Shown here piece after piece: positions 28,494 through 36,963 of a stretch of DNA of 64,000 nt. The first letter of the stretch is position 1. Every line of letters begins with the position of its first letter. The translations under genes and the position numbers were made by a program. Origin of the DNA: Candidatus Krumholzibacteriota bacterium (GTDB lineage Bacteria; Krumholzibacteriota; Krumholzibacteriia; JAJRXK01); NCBI GenBank assembly GCA_024276305.1, contig JAJRXK010000019.1, forward strand, positions 43,294 through 107,293, given 5' to 3'. The notes under the pieces were generated by a model. It ran no database searches and was not told the origin of the DNA. It saw only the letters and a list, made by a program, of their open reading frames with translations.

Positions 28494-29360
28494 ATGAATC
28501 GCCGAAAGGTCAGTAATCAGGGTAGCTACGAACGAAGCCTGGAAAGCTACCTCAAGGACATTGGAAGATACGCACTCCTCTCCCGGGAGGAGGAATGTGT
28601 CCTCGCCAGGCGCATCCGCTCGGGGGACGAAGAGGCGTTGCACGAGTTGGTGCGCGCGAACCTTCGTTTCGTCGTGAGTGTGGCCAAGAAATACCTGGGT
28701 CAGGGCCTCTCCCTGGAGGACCTGATCAACGAGGGCAACATCGGTTTGCTCAAGGCCGGACGCCGTTTCGACGAGCGTCGCGGTTTCAAATTCATCAGTT
28801 ATGCGGTGTGGTGGGTGCGCCAATCCATCCTCCAAGCCCTGGCGGATCAGTCGAGGGTGGTGCGTCTGCCGCAGAACCGAACGGTGATCCTCCACAAGGT
28901 GCACCGATCCTTCGGACGTCTGCAGCAGCGCTTGGGGCGTCCGCCACGCGCCGAAGAGATCGCCGAGGATGCGGAGCTCCGGATCGAAGAGGTCCGCGAG
29001 GCGTTGTTGGTGGGGCAACCCGAGGCCTATCTCGACGAAAAAGTCTCGGCCGATGACGATCGGACCCTGGCCGATGCCATTGCCGATCCCTCGGAGAATG
29101 CGGCCGCCGATCGGTCTCTCCTCGAGAGAACTCGGCGGGAAGATCTCCGAGAGGCCTTGAGTGGTCTGCCCGAGAGGGAGGCCCGGATCCTCTGTCTCTA
29201 CTACGGGATCGGTCAGCCTCGGTCGCTGACCCTGGAGGAGATCGGGACCCAATTCGGGCTCACTCGGGAAAGGATTCGGCAGCTCAAGGAACGAGCGCTG
29301 GGTCGTCTGCGGCGGGAGGAGCACGCAGAAGTGCTCAAAGTCCACCACGAGAGCGCCTGA
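28494..29360 (+). CDS. Sigma-70-family RNA polymerase sigma factor (regions 1.2-4; RpoH/RpoS-like size, 288 aa).
   Basis: YLKDIGRYALLSREEE, NLRFVVSVAKKY...LEDLINEGNIGLLKAGRRFDERRGFKFISYAVWWVRQSI, region 4 SLTLEEIGTQFGLTRERIRQLKERAL. Confidence 0.85.
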   Translation: MNRRKVSNQGSYERSLESYLKDIGRYALLSREEECVLARRIRSGDEEALHELVRANLRFVVSVAKKYLGQGLSLEDLINEGNIGLLKAGRRFDERRGFKFISYAVWWVRQSILQALADQSRVVRLPQNRTVILHKVHRSFGRLQQRLGRPPRAEEIAEDAELRIEEVREALLVGQPEAYLDEKVSADDDRTLADAIADPSENAAADRSLLERTRREDLREALSGLPEREARILCLYYGIGQPRSLTLEEIGTQFGLTRERIRQLKERALGRLRREEHAEVLKVHHESA

Positions 29361-29601
29361 GGGCGTTGCAGTCCAGGACACTGTCGGCGGGGCCGCTTTC
29401 GGGAGAGGGCGGCCCCTCGGCGTCCAGGACGGCGATCCTGCGGCTTTGGGTGGGTCGATGGGGGGTGGAATGGCTCTTGCTGACTCCCCAGGGTGTCTTG
29501 ACAGGCCATGGGCCCTTTCTTAACCTCCCGCTCCAAAGCCCTGGGCCACCGCCCGGCTGCGCGAGGTCACCCGCGATGCGATTTGCGAGGACGAAGCTCC
29601 C

Positions 29602-30522
29602 TTGAAGCGCAATTCCTGGACATTTCTCTACGTCCCCGAGGGCGAAGGCGGAGTTCGCACCTTCCGCGTGAGCAAGGGGCTGGCCCGCGCCTTGGTGATG
29701 CTGGTCGGTCTGTGCATGGTCGGGGTCGGAGTACTTCTGGCGAACTACATTCGTCAGGAACACGTGCTCCACGACGTGCGCGAGCGTGAAGAGGAGATCG
29801 CCGCACTTCGGTCGAGGATCGCAGAGTTCGAGGAAATGGCGTCGGACTACGAAGCGGCGATGGACGAGGCTCGGCAGCTGCGCGAACGAGCCAATCTCAT
29901 TGCGGGCCTCGGCGATCTGGCTGGCGATGGCCTCTCCGCCATGGGCATGGGAGGGGAAGAGAATCCAGGAGTGCCGGAGGACCTCGGTCCCGCGGAGGAC
30001 CTCAACCGAAGCCGGCTCCGGGAACTCCACCTCCAGCTCGATCGTTTGCTTCGGGAAGCCCGCTACGAACGGGAGAACTACGCGCAGGTTCTGGAGACCT
30101 TGCGCGAAGACCAGCAACTTCGGGACAGTACGCCGAGCATTCGGCCGGTCCAGGGCGGATATCTCTCGAGCCGTTTCGGACGGCGCATCGATCCCTTCAC
30201 CGGTCGGCCTGCCTTCCACCGAGGCCTCGACTTCTCCGCTCGCATCGGGACTCCGGTGCATGCGCCGGCCGCAGGTCGGGTCACGCGTGCCTCTCGCAAG
30301 GGTTCGTTGGGGCAGCTCATCGAGATCGACCATGGCAATGGAGTCTTCACGCGCTACGGGCACCTCGATCAGTTCTTGGTCAAGAAGGGTGATTGGGTCC
30401 GGCGGGGTCAGGTCATCGGCCGGGTGGGGACGACGGGTCGGAGCACGGGCCCTCATCTGCACTACGAAGTCGTCCAGAACGGGAAATGGCAGAATCCCTG
30501 GCTGTACATCGTTCGCAACTGA
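29602..30522 (+). CDS. M23-family (LytM/EnvC-like) peptidase with N-terminal TM and coiled coil.
   Basis: GRRIDPFTGRPAFHRGLDFSARIGTPVHAPAAGRV...IDHGNGVFTRYGHL...GTTGRSTGPHLHYEV. TTG start at 29602; GTG 29668 is an alternative. Confidence 0.85.
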   Translation: MKRNSWTFLYVPEGEGGVRTFRVSKGLARALVMLVGLCMVGVGVLLANYIRQEHVLHDVREREEEIAALRSRIAEFEEMASDYEAAMDEARQLRERANLIAGLGDLAGDGLSAMGMGGEENPGVPEDLGPAEDLNRSRLRELHLQLDRLLREARYERENYAQVLETLREDQQLRDSTPSIRPVQGGYLSSRFGRRIDPFTGRPAFHRGLDFSARIGTPVHAPAAGRVTRASRKGSLGQLIEIDHGNGVFTRYGHLDQFLVKKGDWVRRGQVIGRVGTTGRSTGPHLHYEVVQNGKWQNPWLYIVRN

Positions 30523-30671
30523 TTCCTCCTCTGCGAGACTGTTCCCTTGGTGCAGGGCCGGGTCGGGCGTGACCTGCGCCCCGTTTCGGACTACTCTTTC
30601 GCGCGATGCCGCTGCGTTGGGGTGACGGCGTCCGGTCAGGCGCGGCAGTGGGACCGCAATCGAGTGAGATC

Positions 30672-31619
30672 ATGTTCGACAGAATCGGCGTCAAGATCGT
30701 CTGCGTGGTGGTGGCTCTGCTGCTCTGGGTTCAGGTCGCAAGCACCGTGAATGTCGAGCATCTGGTCCGCCTTCCGGTGGTGGTGGTCGGGGTCCCCGAT
30801 TCTCTCTCCGTTCGTGAGAGTGTGCTGCCGGATCGGGTGGGAGTCCGGCTGCGCGGAACGCGGCTCCAGCTCCTTCTCTCGGACCTCATCTCCCGGGACT
30901 TGGGTCAGATCCAGATCGACTTGACCGGCAAGGGACCGGGGCGTCATACCTACGAACTGAGCGTTCTCGATGCGGTCGTCAATGCGACGGCGTTGGAGAT
31001 CGTCCCCGCCACTACCCTGGTGCTGGACGTCCAGCCCAAGGTCCGCCGGAGTGTGCCGGTCCATCTCTCGCTCACCGGAGACTTTCCCGAGGACCGAACT
31101 CTGGCCGCTCCGCCGGAGATCACCCCCCCGCAGGTCGAAGTCACCGGTCCGGAGTCCCTGGTGGAGGGACTGGCGGAGATCCGAACCACGGACCTCGACT
31201 TGCGTCGCCACGGGGAATCCTTCGAGACCAAGTTGTCTCTGGTCAATCCGGATCCCGACCTCGTTCTTTCGCCGGTGGAAGTGGAAGTCTCGGTGGGGGT
31301 GGACCGGATCGTCGAACGGCAATTCCGTGAGGTGCCGGTGACGGTGCTGAGTGATCTGGATCCTGCACGAGTGCATCTGGAGCCCACCCACGCCCAGGTC
31401 GCGGTCAGGGGAGCGGCGGCGGTGGTCGATGCTCTTTCTCCCGAAGATGTGGAAGTGGTCCTGCACATCGATGCCGAAGCAGCGGGGGTGAGCGAAGTGG
31501 GCGCTCAGGTGATTCTGCCCGCGGGCATGTTCACCTCGAGCCTCGAGCCCGCGAACTTCCAAGTCGTGGTCGATCCGCTCCCCGAGGACGCCAATCGAGG
31601 CGCGGAGTCGAATGAGTGA
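30672..31619 (+). CDS. YbbR-like (CdaR-type) repeat protein.
   Basis: N-terminal TM (IVCVVVALLLWVQ) followed by repeated YbbR-like beta modules (VPVHLSLTGDFPEDRTL..., PVTVLSDLDPARVHLEP...). No cdaA/dacA adjacent. Confidence 0.6.
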   Translation: MFDRIGVKIVCVVVALLLWVQVASTVNVEHLVRLPVVVVGVPDSLSVRESVLPDRVGVRLRGTRLQLLLSDLISRDLGQIQIDLTGKGPGRHTYELSVLDAVVNATALEIVPATTLVLDVQPKVRRSVPVHLSLTGDFPEDRTLAAPPEITPPQVEVTGPESLVEGLAEIRTTDLDLRRHGESFETKLSLVNPDPDLVLSPVEVEVSVGVDRIVERQFREVPVTVLSDLDPARVHLEPTHAQVAVRGAAAVVDALSPEDVEVVLHIDAEAAGVSEVGAQVILPAGMFTSSLEPANFQVVVDPLPEDANRGAESNE

Positions 31620-32502
31620 CCGGTCACAGACCGCGGGTGGAAGTTCGTCGGCGTGGAGCCGGACGACCTGGGTGCTCTTCCTGCTGGTGATCGTGACCGC
31701 GGCCAGCACCTTGGTGAAGGTGAGGCATCCCGACCTTCCCGGAACCCTTCGACTGGGAGTGGTGCGGACGGGGACTCCCCAGCCGGTGGACCAAGTCCTG
31801 GCGCCTCTGGCCCGCTATCTGGGGCAGGAACTCCACCGGCACGTGGTCGTGGAGGCCATCGAGCCCGGAAAGCTGAAGGAGGCCCTGGTCGACTTCGATC
31901 TGGCCCTGGTTCCTCTGCACGGGGATCTGAAACGGAGTGACGTCTCTCTTCTGGCTTGGGCCAAACCTGCGGGACGCTCCGGATGGAGGTCCGCATTCGG
32001 AATCCTTCGATCGCGAGACACTCCCTGGCCTCCACCTCCGGGCAGCCGACTCATCTTCGGAGACGGACAGAGTTGGAGCGGTTCCCGGGGGTGCTATGCC
32101 GCTCTGAGAGCTTGGGGTTGGTCCGAAGAGGAGATCCGCGACGCGCCTCGAGGGAAAGACCCCTTCGACCACCAGTCGGTGATCGCGGCCCTGGTCTACG
32201 GGGCCTTCGACTATGCGGTGGTTCGGGAGTCCGCGGTGACCGCAGCTCGGCGCATCCGGCGTCTACCGGCGGAGGGTTTCGTGTACACCCGGGTGGGGCA
32301 GGCGCGGGGCGACTTCGCGCTGGTCGCGGGAGAGGGGCTCTCCCCCGCGGCGAGGAAGAAGGTGCGGGTGGCCGCCCTCAATCTCGATCACTATCGGCAG
32401 GATCCTGCGCGTCAAGGCGCGGGCGCCGCGTCCCACGCGTTGGGAGAGCTCGGACTGGCCGGCTTCGCGCCGGACGAGCTCTTGCCGGACCTCCGTCCCT
32501 GA
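31612..32502 (+). CDS. Hypothetical membrane-anchored protein, possibly PhnD/SsuA-like substrate-binding fold.
   Basis: N-terminal TM (WVLFLLVIVTAASTLV). Weak resemblance only. 8-nt overlap with the upstream gene. Confidence 0.4.
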   Translation: MSDRSQTAGGSSSAWSRTTWVLFLLVIVTAASTLVKVRHPDLPGTLRLGVVRTGTPQPVDQVLAPLARYLGQELHRHVVVEAIEPGKLKEALVDFDLALVPLHGDLKRSDVSLLAWAKPAGRSGWRSAFGILRSRDTPWPPPPGSRLIFGDGQSWSGSRGCYAALRAWGWSEEEIRDAPRGKDPFDHQSVIAALVYGAFDYAVVRESAVTAARRIRRLPAEGFVYTRVGQARGDFALVAGEGLSPAARKKVRVAALNLDHYRQDPARQGAGAASHALGELGLAGFAPDELLPDLRP

Positions 32503-32514
32503 AGCATCCGAGGC

Positions 32515-32934
32515 TTGGCATTGCACGACCCCCGCTCGAATCTTCGCTATTGGATGCCCCTGGTCCTCTGGATCCTCTCGATCCTCTTGGTCTCGTCGAT
32601 CCCGGGGTCGACCATGAGTCGCGTGGGTTTCGAAGTGCAGGACAAAGTGGCGCATTTTCTGGAGTACTCCATTCTTGGATTCCTGGTGGGGCGTTGGGAG
32701 CGAAACCAATACGGACACGGATGGATTCGGTCGGTGGTGACCTCGTTGTTGCTCGGGTCTTCGATCGCTCTTCTCGACGAAGCCTACCAGGGCTGGATTC
32801 CGGGCCGGACCCCTTCGGCGATGGACTGGCTCGCCGACCTGGCGGGCATCTCGCTGGGGCTGGCTTTCTCCCTCATTCGTTATCGTGACGGCCGGTCGCG
32901 GGAAGCGACGGCGACAAAGGACGAGGTCTCATGA
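32515..32934 (+). CDS. VanZ-family membrane protein.
   Basis: KVAHFLEYSILGFLVGR...LDEAYQGWIPGRTPSAMDWLADLAGISLG. Four TM helices. Confidence 0.7.
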   Translation: MALHDPRSNLRYWMPLVLWILSILLVSSIPGSTMSRVGFEVQDKVAHFLEYSILGFLVGRWERNQYGHGWIRSVVTSLLLGSSIALLDEAYQGWIPGRTPSAMDWLADLAGISLGLAFSLIRYRDGRSREATATKDEVS

Positions 32935-34739
32935 AGAAGCTCAGAAGAACCGTGCGATGCGGAGACCTCCGCGGAGACCATGCGGGCGAAGAAGTGGTCC
33001 TCAATGGGTGGGTGGCATCGCGAAGGGATCACGGAGGCCTGGTCTTCGTCGATCTCCGCGACCGTTACGGCCTGACTCAAGTGGTCTTCGAAGTCGAAGG
33101 CGAGATGAGGGACCGGGCGCATGGACTCAGAGCGGAGGCGGTGGTGGCCGTAAGGGGGACGGTACGCCGGCGACCGGAGGAAATGGTGAATCCGGAGATG
33201 GCCACGGGTGAGATCGAAGTCGTGGCCGCGGAACTCGAGATCCTGAATCCTTCGAAGACCCTGCCCTTCACTCTCGAGGAGGCAGACAACGCCACCGACG
33301 AATTGAAGTTCCGGCACCGCTATCTTCACTTGAGGATTCCCCGCCTGCAGCGAAACCTCCAGGCGCGGCACGAGGTGGCCAGGGCGGCCCGGGAGCACCT
33401 CGCGGGACAGGACTTCCTCGAGATCGAGACCCCGTTGATGATTCGGACCACACCGGAGGGGGCGCGGGACTACGTGGTTCCGAGTCGAGTGCATCCGGGG
33501 TGCTTCTATGCTTTGCCCCAGAGCCCCCAACTCTACAAGCAGACCCTGATGATGAGCGGCGTGGACCGCTACTACCAGCTCGCGCGTTGCCTCCGCGACG
33601 AAGACCTGCGGGCCGATCGACAGCCGGAACACACGCAGATCGATCTGGAGATGAGCTTCGTGGACGAAGAGGACATCTTCGACCTCGTCGAGGGAATGAT
33701 GTCGGAGGTGGTCCGCCGGGTGCGTCGTCTGGAGGTGGACACTCCCTTTCCTCGTCTGAGTTACGAGGATGCGATGGACACCTATGGCAGCGACAAACCC
33801 GATCGTCGCTTCGGCCTGGAATTGGAAGATCTCAGTGACCTCGCGGCCGAAGGCGAGTTCGGGGTCTTTCACTCGGTTCTTGCAGACGGAGGTCGGGTCA
33901 AGGCGGTGCTGGGCGAACAACTCGCGGAATTGAGCCGCAAGGACATCGGCGAATTCGAGGAGCTGGCCAAGCGCCACGGGGCCAAGGGTCTGGCGTGGCT
34001 CAAGTGGAAGGACGGGGCGATCAGCGGCTCGTTCCGGAAATTCTTTTCGGATGACCTCCTCGAGAAGTTCTTCGAGCGCTGCGGCGGCCGAGAGGGAGAT
34101 CTGCTCTTCGTGGTGGCCGATCGTCGCTCCACCGCCAACCGGGCCCTCGGCGCATTGCGCTTGGAGGTGGGACGTCGCCGTGGCTATACCCAGGGCGAGG
34201 AGCTCAATTTCTGTTGGGTCCACCGATTTCCCCTCTTCGAGGAAGTTTCGGAGGGAAAGTGGACGGCCATGCACCACATGTTCACCATGCCTCGAGACGA
34301 AGACCTCGAGATCCTGGAAGAGGATCCCGGACGGGTTCACGCGACCCTCTACGATCTGGTGTGCAATGGTGTGGAATTGGGCAGTGGCAGTGTGAGGATT
34401 CACCGGCGAGACCTGCAGGAAAGGGTGCTGAGGATCTGCGGGATCGGCGAGGAAGAGGCCGAAGCGAAGTTCGGATGGTTCCTTCGGGCCCTGGAGTACG
34501 GCGCACCCCCGCATGGGGGCATTGCCCTCGGTTTGGACCGCTTGGTGGCGGTTTTGGTCGGGGAGACCAGTATTCGCGAGGTCATCGCCTTCCCGAAGAC
34601 CACCGCCGCGACCAATCCTCTCGACGGGGCGCCCTCGCCGGTGGCCGAAGACCAGCTCGAGGAGCTCGGTCTGGCACTGCACTTGCCCGAGGAAGCCGAA
34701 GTGGAGAAGGAAGACGATTCCTCCTCTTCGGCCGGTTAG
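32931..34739 (+). CDS. aspS: Aspartyl-tRNA synthetase.
   Basis: Class II aaRS motifs (FLEIETPLM, FYALPQSPQLYKQTLMMSGVDRYYQLARCLRDEDLRADRQPEHTQIDLEMSF, GGIALGLDRLV). Anticodon-binding OB fold at the N-terminus. Confidence 0.95.
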   Translation: MKKLRRTVRCGDLRGDHAGEEVVLNGWVASRRDHGGLVFVDLRDRYGLTQVVFEVEGEMRDRAHGLRAEAVVAVRGTVRRRPEEMVNPEMATGEIEVVAAELEILNPSKTLPFTLEEADNATDELKFRHRYLHLRIPRLQRNLQARHEVARAAREHLAGQDFLEIETPLMIRTTPEGARDYVVPSRVHPGCFYALPQSPQLYKQTLMMSGVDRYYQLARCLRDEDLRADRQPEHTQIDLEMSFVDEEDIFDLVEGMMSEVVRRVRRLEVDTPFPRLSYEDAMDTYGSDKPDRRFGLELEDLSDLAAEGEFGVFHSVLADGGRVKAVLGEQLAELSRKDIGEFEELAKRHGAKGLAWLKWKDGAISGSFRKFFSDDLLEKFFERCGGREGDLLFVVADRRSTANRALGALRLEVGRRRGYTQGEELNFCWVHRFPLFEEVSEGKWTAMHHMFTMPRDEDLEILEEDPGRVHATLYDLVCNGVELGSGSVRIHRRDLQERVLRICGIGEEEAEAKFGWFLRALEYGAPPHGGIALGLDRLVAVLVGETSIREVIAFPKTTAATNPLDGAPSPVAEDQLEELGLALHLPEEAEVEKEDDSSSSAG

Positions 34740-34785
34740 GGGTGTACACGCGGGGCCGGGAGCCGATTTCCGGGTCGGATAGGGC

Positions 34786-34813
34786 TTGACTTGGCGTTCT
34801 GCCGGTGTACATT
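34786..34813 (+). promoter_or_regulatory. Promoter candidate TTGACT-N16-TACATT upstream of the lipoprotein pair.
   Basis: Read directly from the sequence. Confidence 0.3.
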
Positions 34814-34914
34814 GCGACCGCGCGACGGGGGATCCGTCGCGAAACTATCGTCATTGCCCAGAACTCGGGTCGAAACGGAGATCCCGGGCGGGCACAACAG
34901 GAGGCGAGTGCACC

Positions 34915-35199
34915 TTGAAGACCAGAGACCTGCGAAGCGTCTTGGTTCTGGCGGGCCTGTCGGTGACCCTGTTCGCGGCGGGTTGCAGCGAGAATCCTCC
35001 CTGCAACACGGATCCGTCACAGCTAGACAGCGCGCGGACGACCCTCAACGACGCGGAGAACAAGGTCGAAACGGCGAAGGCCGATCTGGCCGAGGCGCGC
35101 CAGAAGCAGACCGATCTCCAGAAGAAGATCGCAGCTCTCCCCGAACCGGATGATCTAGAAAGCCGGCTCGAAGAGCTCAAAAAGGGCAGCGGCCGCTAG
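34915..35199 (+). CDS. Small coiled-coil lipoprotein (about 94 aa).
   Basis: TTG start with AGGAGG RBS. Lipobox LFAAGC. Coiled coil LNDAENKVETAKADLAEARQKQTDLQKKIAAL. Confidence 0.5.
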   Translation: MKTRDLRSVLVLAGLSVTLFAAGCSENPPCNTDPSQLDSARTTLNDAENKVETAKADLAEARQKQTDLQKKIAALPEPDDLESRLEELKKGSGR

Positions 35200-35220
35200 G
35201 CCGGGGAGGAAAGAAGGACC

Positions 35221-35919
35221 ATGCGTTACGGAATGATGAGCCGTTTGGTGCTTCTGGCCGTTCCCGCCTCCCTGGTGGTGATGGCCGGTTGCAGTCCCAA
35301 GGTGACCCGCACTGCGAATATCAGTGAGGGCGACTACTACAGCGCGGAGGAGTTCAAGAACCTCTCCCGCGAACAGCGTGATGCCTATTGCGCAGATCTG
35401 GACGATCAGCTCGCGCAGCTGAATTCCTCGGCCGAACGCAATCAGCGCGAGGCCAAGGATCTGAGCGGCGAGTTTGCGAGCATCGATCGCAAGGTGCGAG
35501 ACCTCCAGGCCAAGTACGATGCGTCGAAGACCGAGGTCGACGGTCTCGAGAAGGAGATCGACTACTTCGAGAGCCTTCCTCGAACCCATGTGGTCGAGGA
35601 TGGGGAGTTCCTGCAGAAGATCTCCGGCTACGAGAAGATCTACGCCGATCCCTTGAAGTGGCCGCGAATCTATCGGGCCAACAAGGACAAGATCGAGGAC
35701 CCGAACCTGATCTACCCGGGATGGGAGCTGACCATTCCTCGCGATTGGCCGCATTCGTGGACCGTCAAGCAGGACGAGTATCTCAGCCGCATCGCCTCTT
35801 ATTGGGAGGTCTATGGGGATGGCACCGCGTGGACGAAGATCTACGAGGCCAACCGGGACCAGGTGTCCGATCCGGACATGATCTGGCCGGACTGGGAGCT
35901 CGCGATTCCTCGCGACTGA
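35221..35919 (+). CDS. Lipoprotein with coiled coil and two C-terminal LysM domains.
   Basis: Lipobox VVMAGCS. LysM-like repeats HVVEDGEFLQKISGYEKIYADPLKWPRIYRANKDKIEDPNLIYPGWELTIP and WTVKQDEYLSRIASYWEVYGDGTAWTKIYEANRDQVSDPDMIWPDWELAIP. Confidence 0.75.
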   Translation: MRYGMMSRLVLLAVPASLVVMAGCSPKVTRTANISEGDYYSAEEFKNLSREQRDAYCADLDDQLAQLNSSAERNQREAKDLSGEFASIDRKVRDLQAKYDASKTEVDGLEKEIDYFESLPRTHVVEDGEFLQKISGYEKIYADPLKWPRIYRANKDKIEDPNLIYPGWELTIPRDWPHSWTVKQDEYLSRIASYWEVYGDGTAWTKIYEANRDQVSDPDMIWPDWELAIPRD

Positions 35920-35946
35920 CGATGCACCGATCTTCGGTACGAAAAC

Positions 35947-35979
35947 GCCTCTGCCCGGCCGGGCGGGGGCGTTTCTTTC
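35947..35979 (+). terminator. Intrinsic terminator (10-bp stem, GGCC loop, U-tract).
   Basis: GCCTCTGCCC-GGCC-GGGCGGGGGC followed by GTTTCTTTCC; preceded by an A-tract. Confidence 0.6.
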
Positions 35980-36009
35980 CATCGGGGCTCTGGCCGACAG
36001 CGGGAACGA

Positions 36010-36963
36010 ATGAGTGACGTTCGCCACACCGTAGCACTCGATTCGATCGAGATCCTCGACTTCGTCGGGGCTCAGGACGCCAATCTGCGCATGCTCGAAG
36101 AGGGCTTCGAGGGCCGCCTCATCCTCCGTGGACAAGAGATTCGCATCGAGGGGGAGGCGGCCGAAGTCCAGCGGATGGTGGGAGTCGTAGAGGCGATGGT
36201 GAATTGGGTCCGCAGCGGTCGCCCCCTCGATCCCTCGGCCCTCGCGCGGATCCTCGAGGGAGCCGCCATCGCTCCGGTGGAAGCCCAGCGTCGACAGGTG
36301 CAGTTCAACTCGGGTCGGCGGGGCACGGTCGAGCCGCGGACGCCCGGCCAGGCCCTCTACCTCGATGCCATCGGTCATCACGAAGTGGTCTTCGGGGTGG
36401 GACCGGCGGGGACGGGCAAGACCTTCTTGGCCGTGGTGATGGCGGTGCGCGCGTTGCTGGCGGGGGAGATCGATCGGATCTTTCTGGTGCGGCCGGCGGT
36501 CGAAGCCGGAGAGCAGCTCGGTTTTCTGCCGGGAGACCTCCAAGACAAAGTCGATCCCTATCTGCGCCCTCTCTACGATGCGCTGACCGATTGCTTGGGT
36601 TCGACGAAAGTGGCACGATTCCTGGCCAACGGGACGATCGAAGTCGCACCGCTGGCCTATATGCGGGGACGGACTCTGAACCGAGCCTTCGTGATCCTCG
36701 ATGAGGGTCAGAACACGACCCTCACCCAGATGAAGATGTTCCTCACTCGGCTTGGACCGGGGACTCGGGCGGTGGTCACCGGGGACGTCACGCAGATCGA
36801 TTTGGGCGATCCGAGAGCGAGTGGTCTGGTGCTCGTGCGGCAGATCCTCCAGGGAGTGGATGGGATTGCCTTCGTCGACTTCGGCGAAGGTGATGTGGTG
36901 CGTCACCCTCTGGTCCGACGAATCGTGGCGGCCTTCGACGACGAAGGGAAGAGTCCGCGGTGA
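36010..36963 (+). CDS. phoH: PhoH-like ATPase (PhoH/YbeZ).
   Basis: Walker A GPAGTGKTFLAVVMAV, Walker B VILDEGQNTT. Confidence 0.9.
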   Translation: MSDVRHTVALDSIEILDFVGAQDANLRMLEEGFEGRLILRGQEIRIEGEAAEVQRMVGVVEAMVNWVRSGRPLDPSALARILEGAAIAPVEAQRRQVQFNSGRRGTVEPRTPGQALYLDAIGHHEVVFGVGPAGTGKTFLAVVMAVRALLAGEIDRIFLVRPAVEAGEQLGFLPGDLQDKVDPYLRPLYDALTDCLGSTKVARFLANGTIEVAPLAYMRGRTLNRAFVILDEGQNTTLTQMKMFLTRLGPGTRAVVTGDVTQIDLGDPRASGLVLVRQILQGVDGIAFVDFGEGDVVRHPLVRRIVAAFDDEGKSPR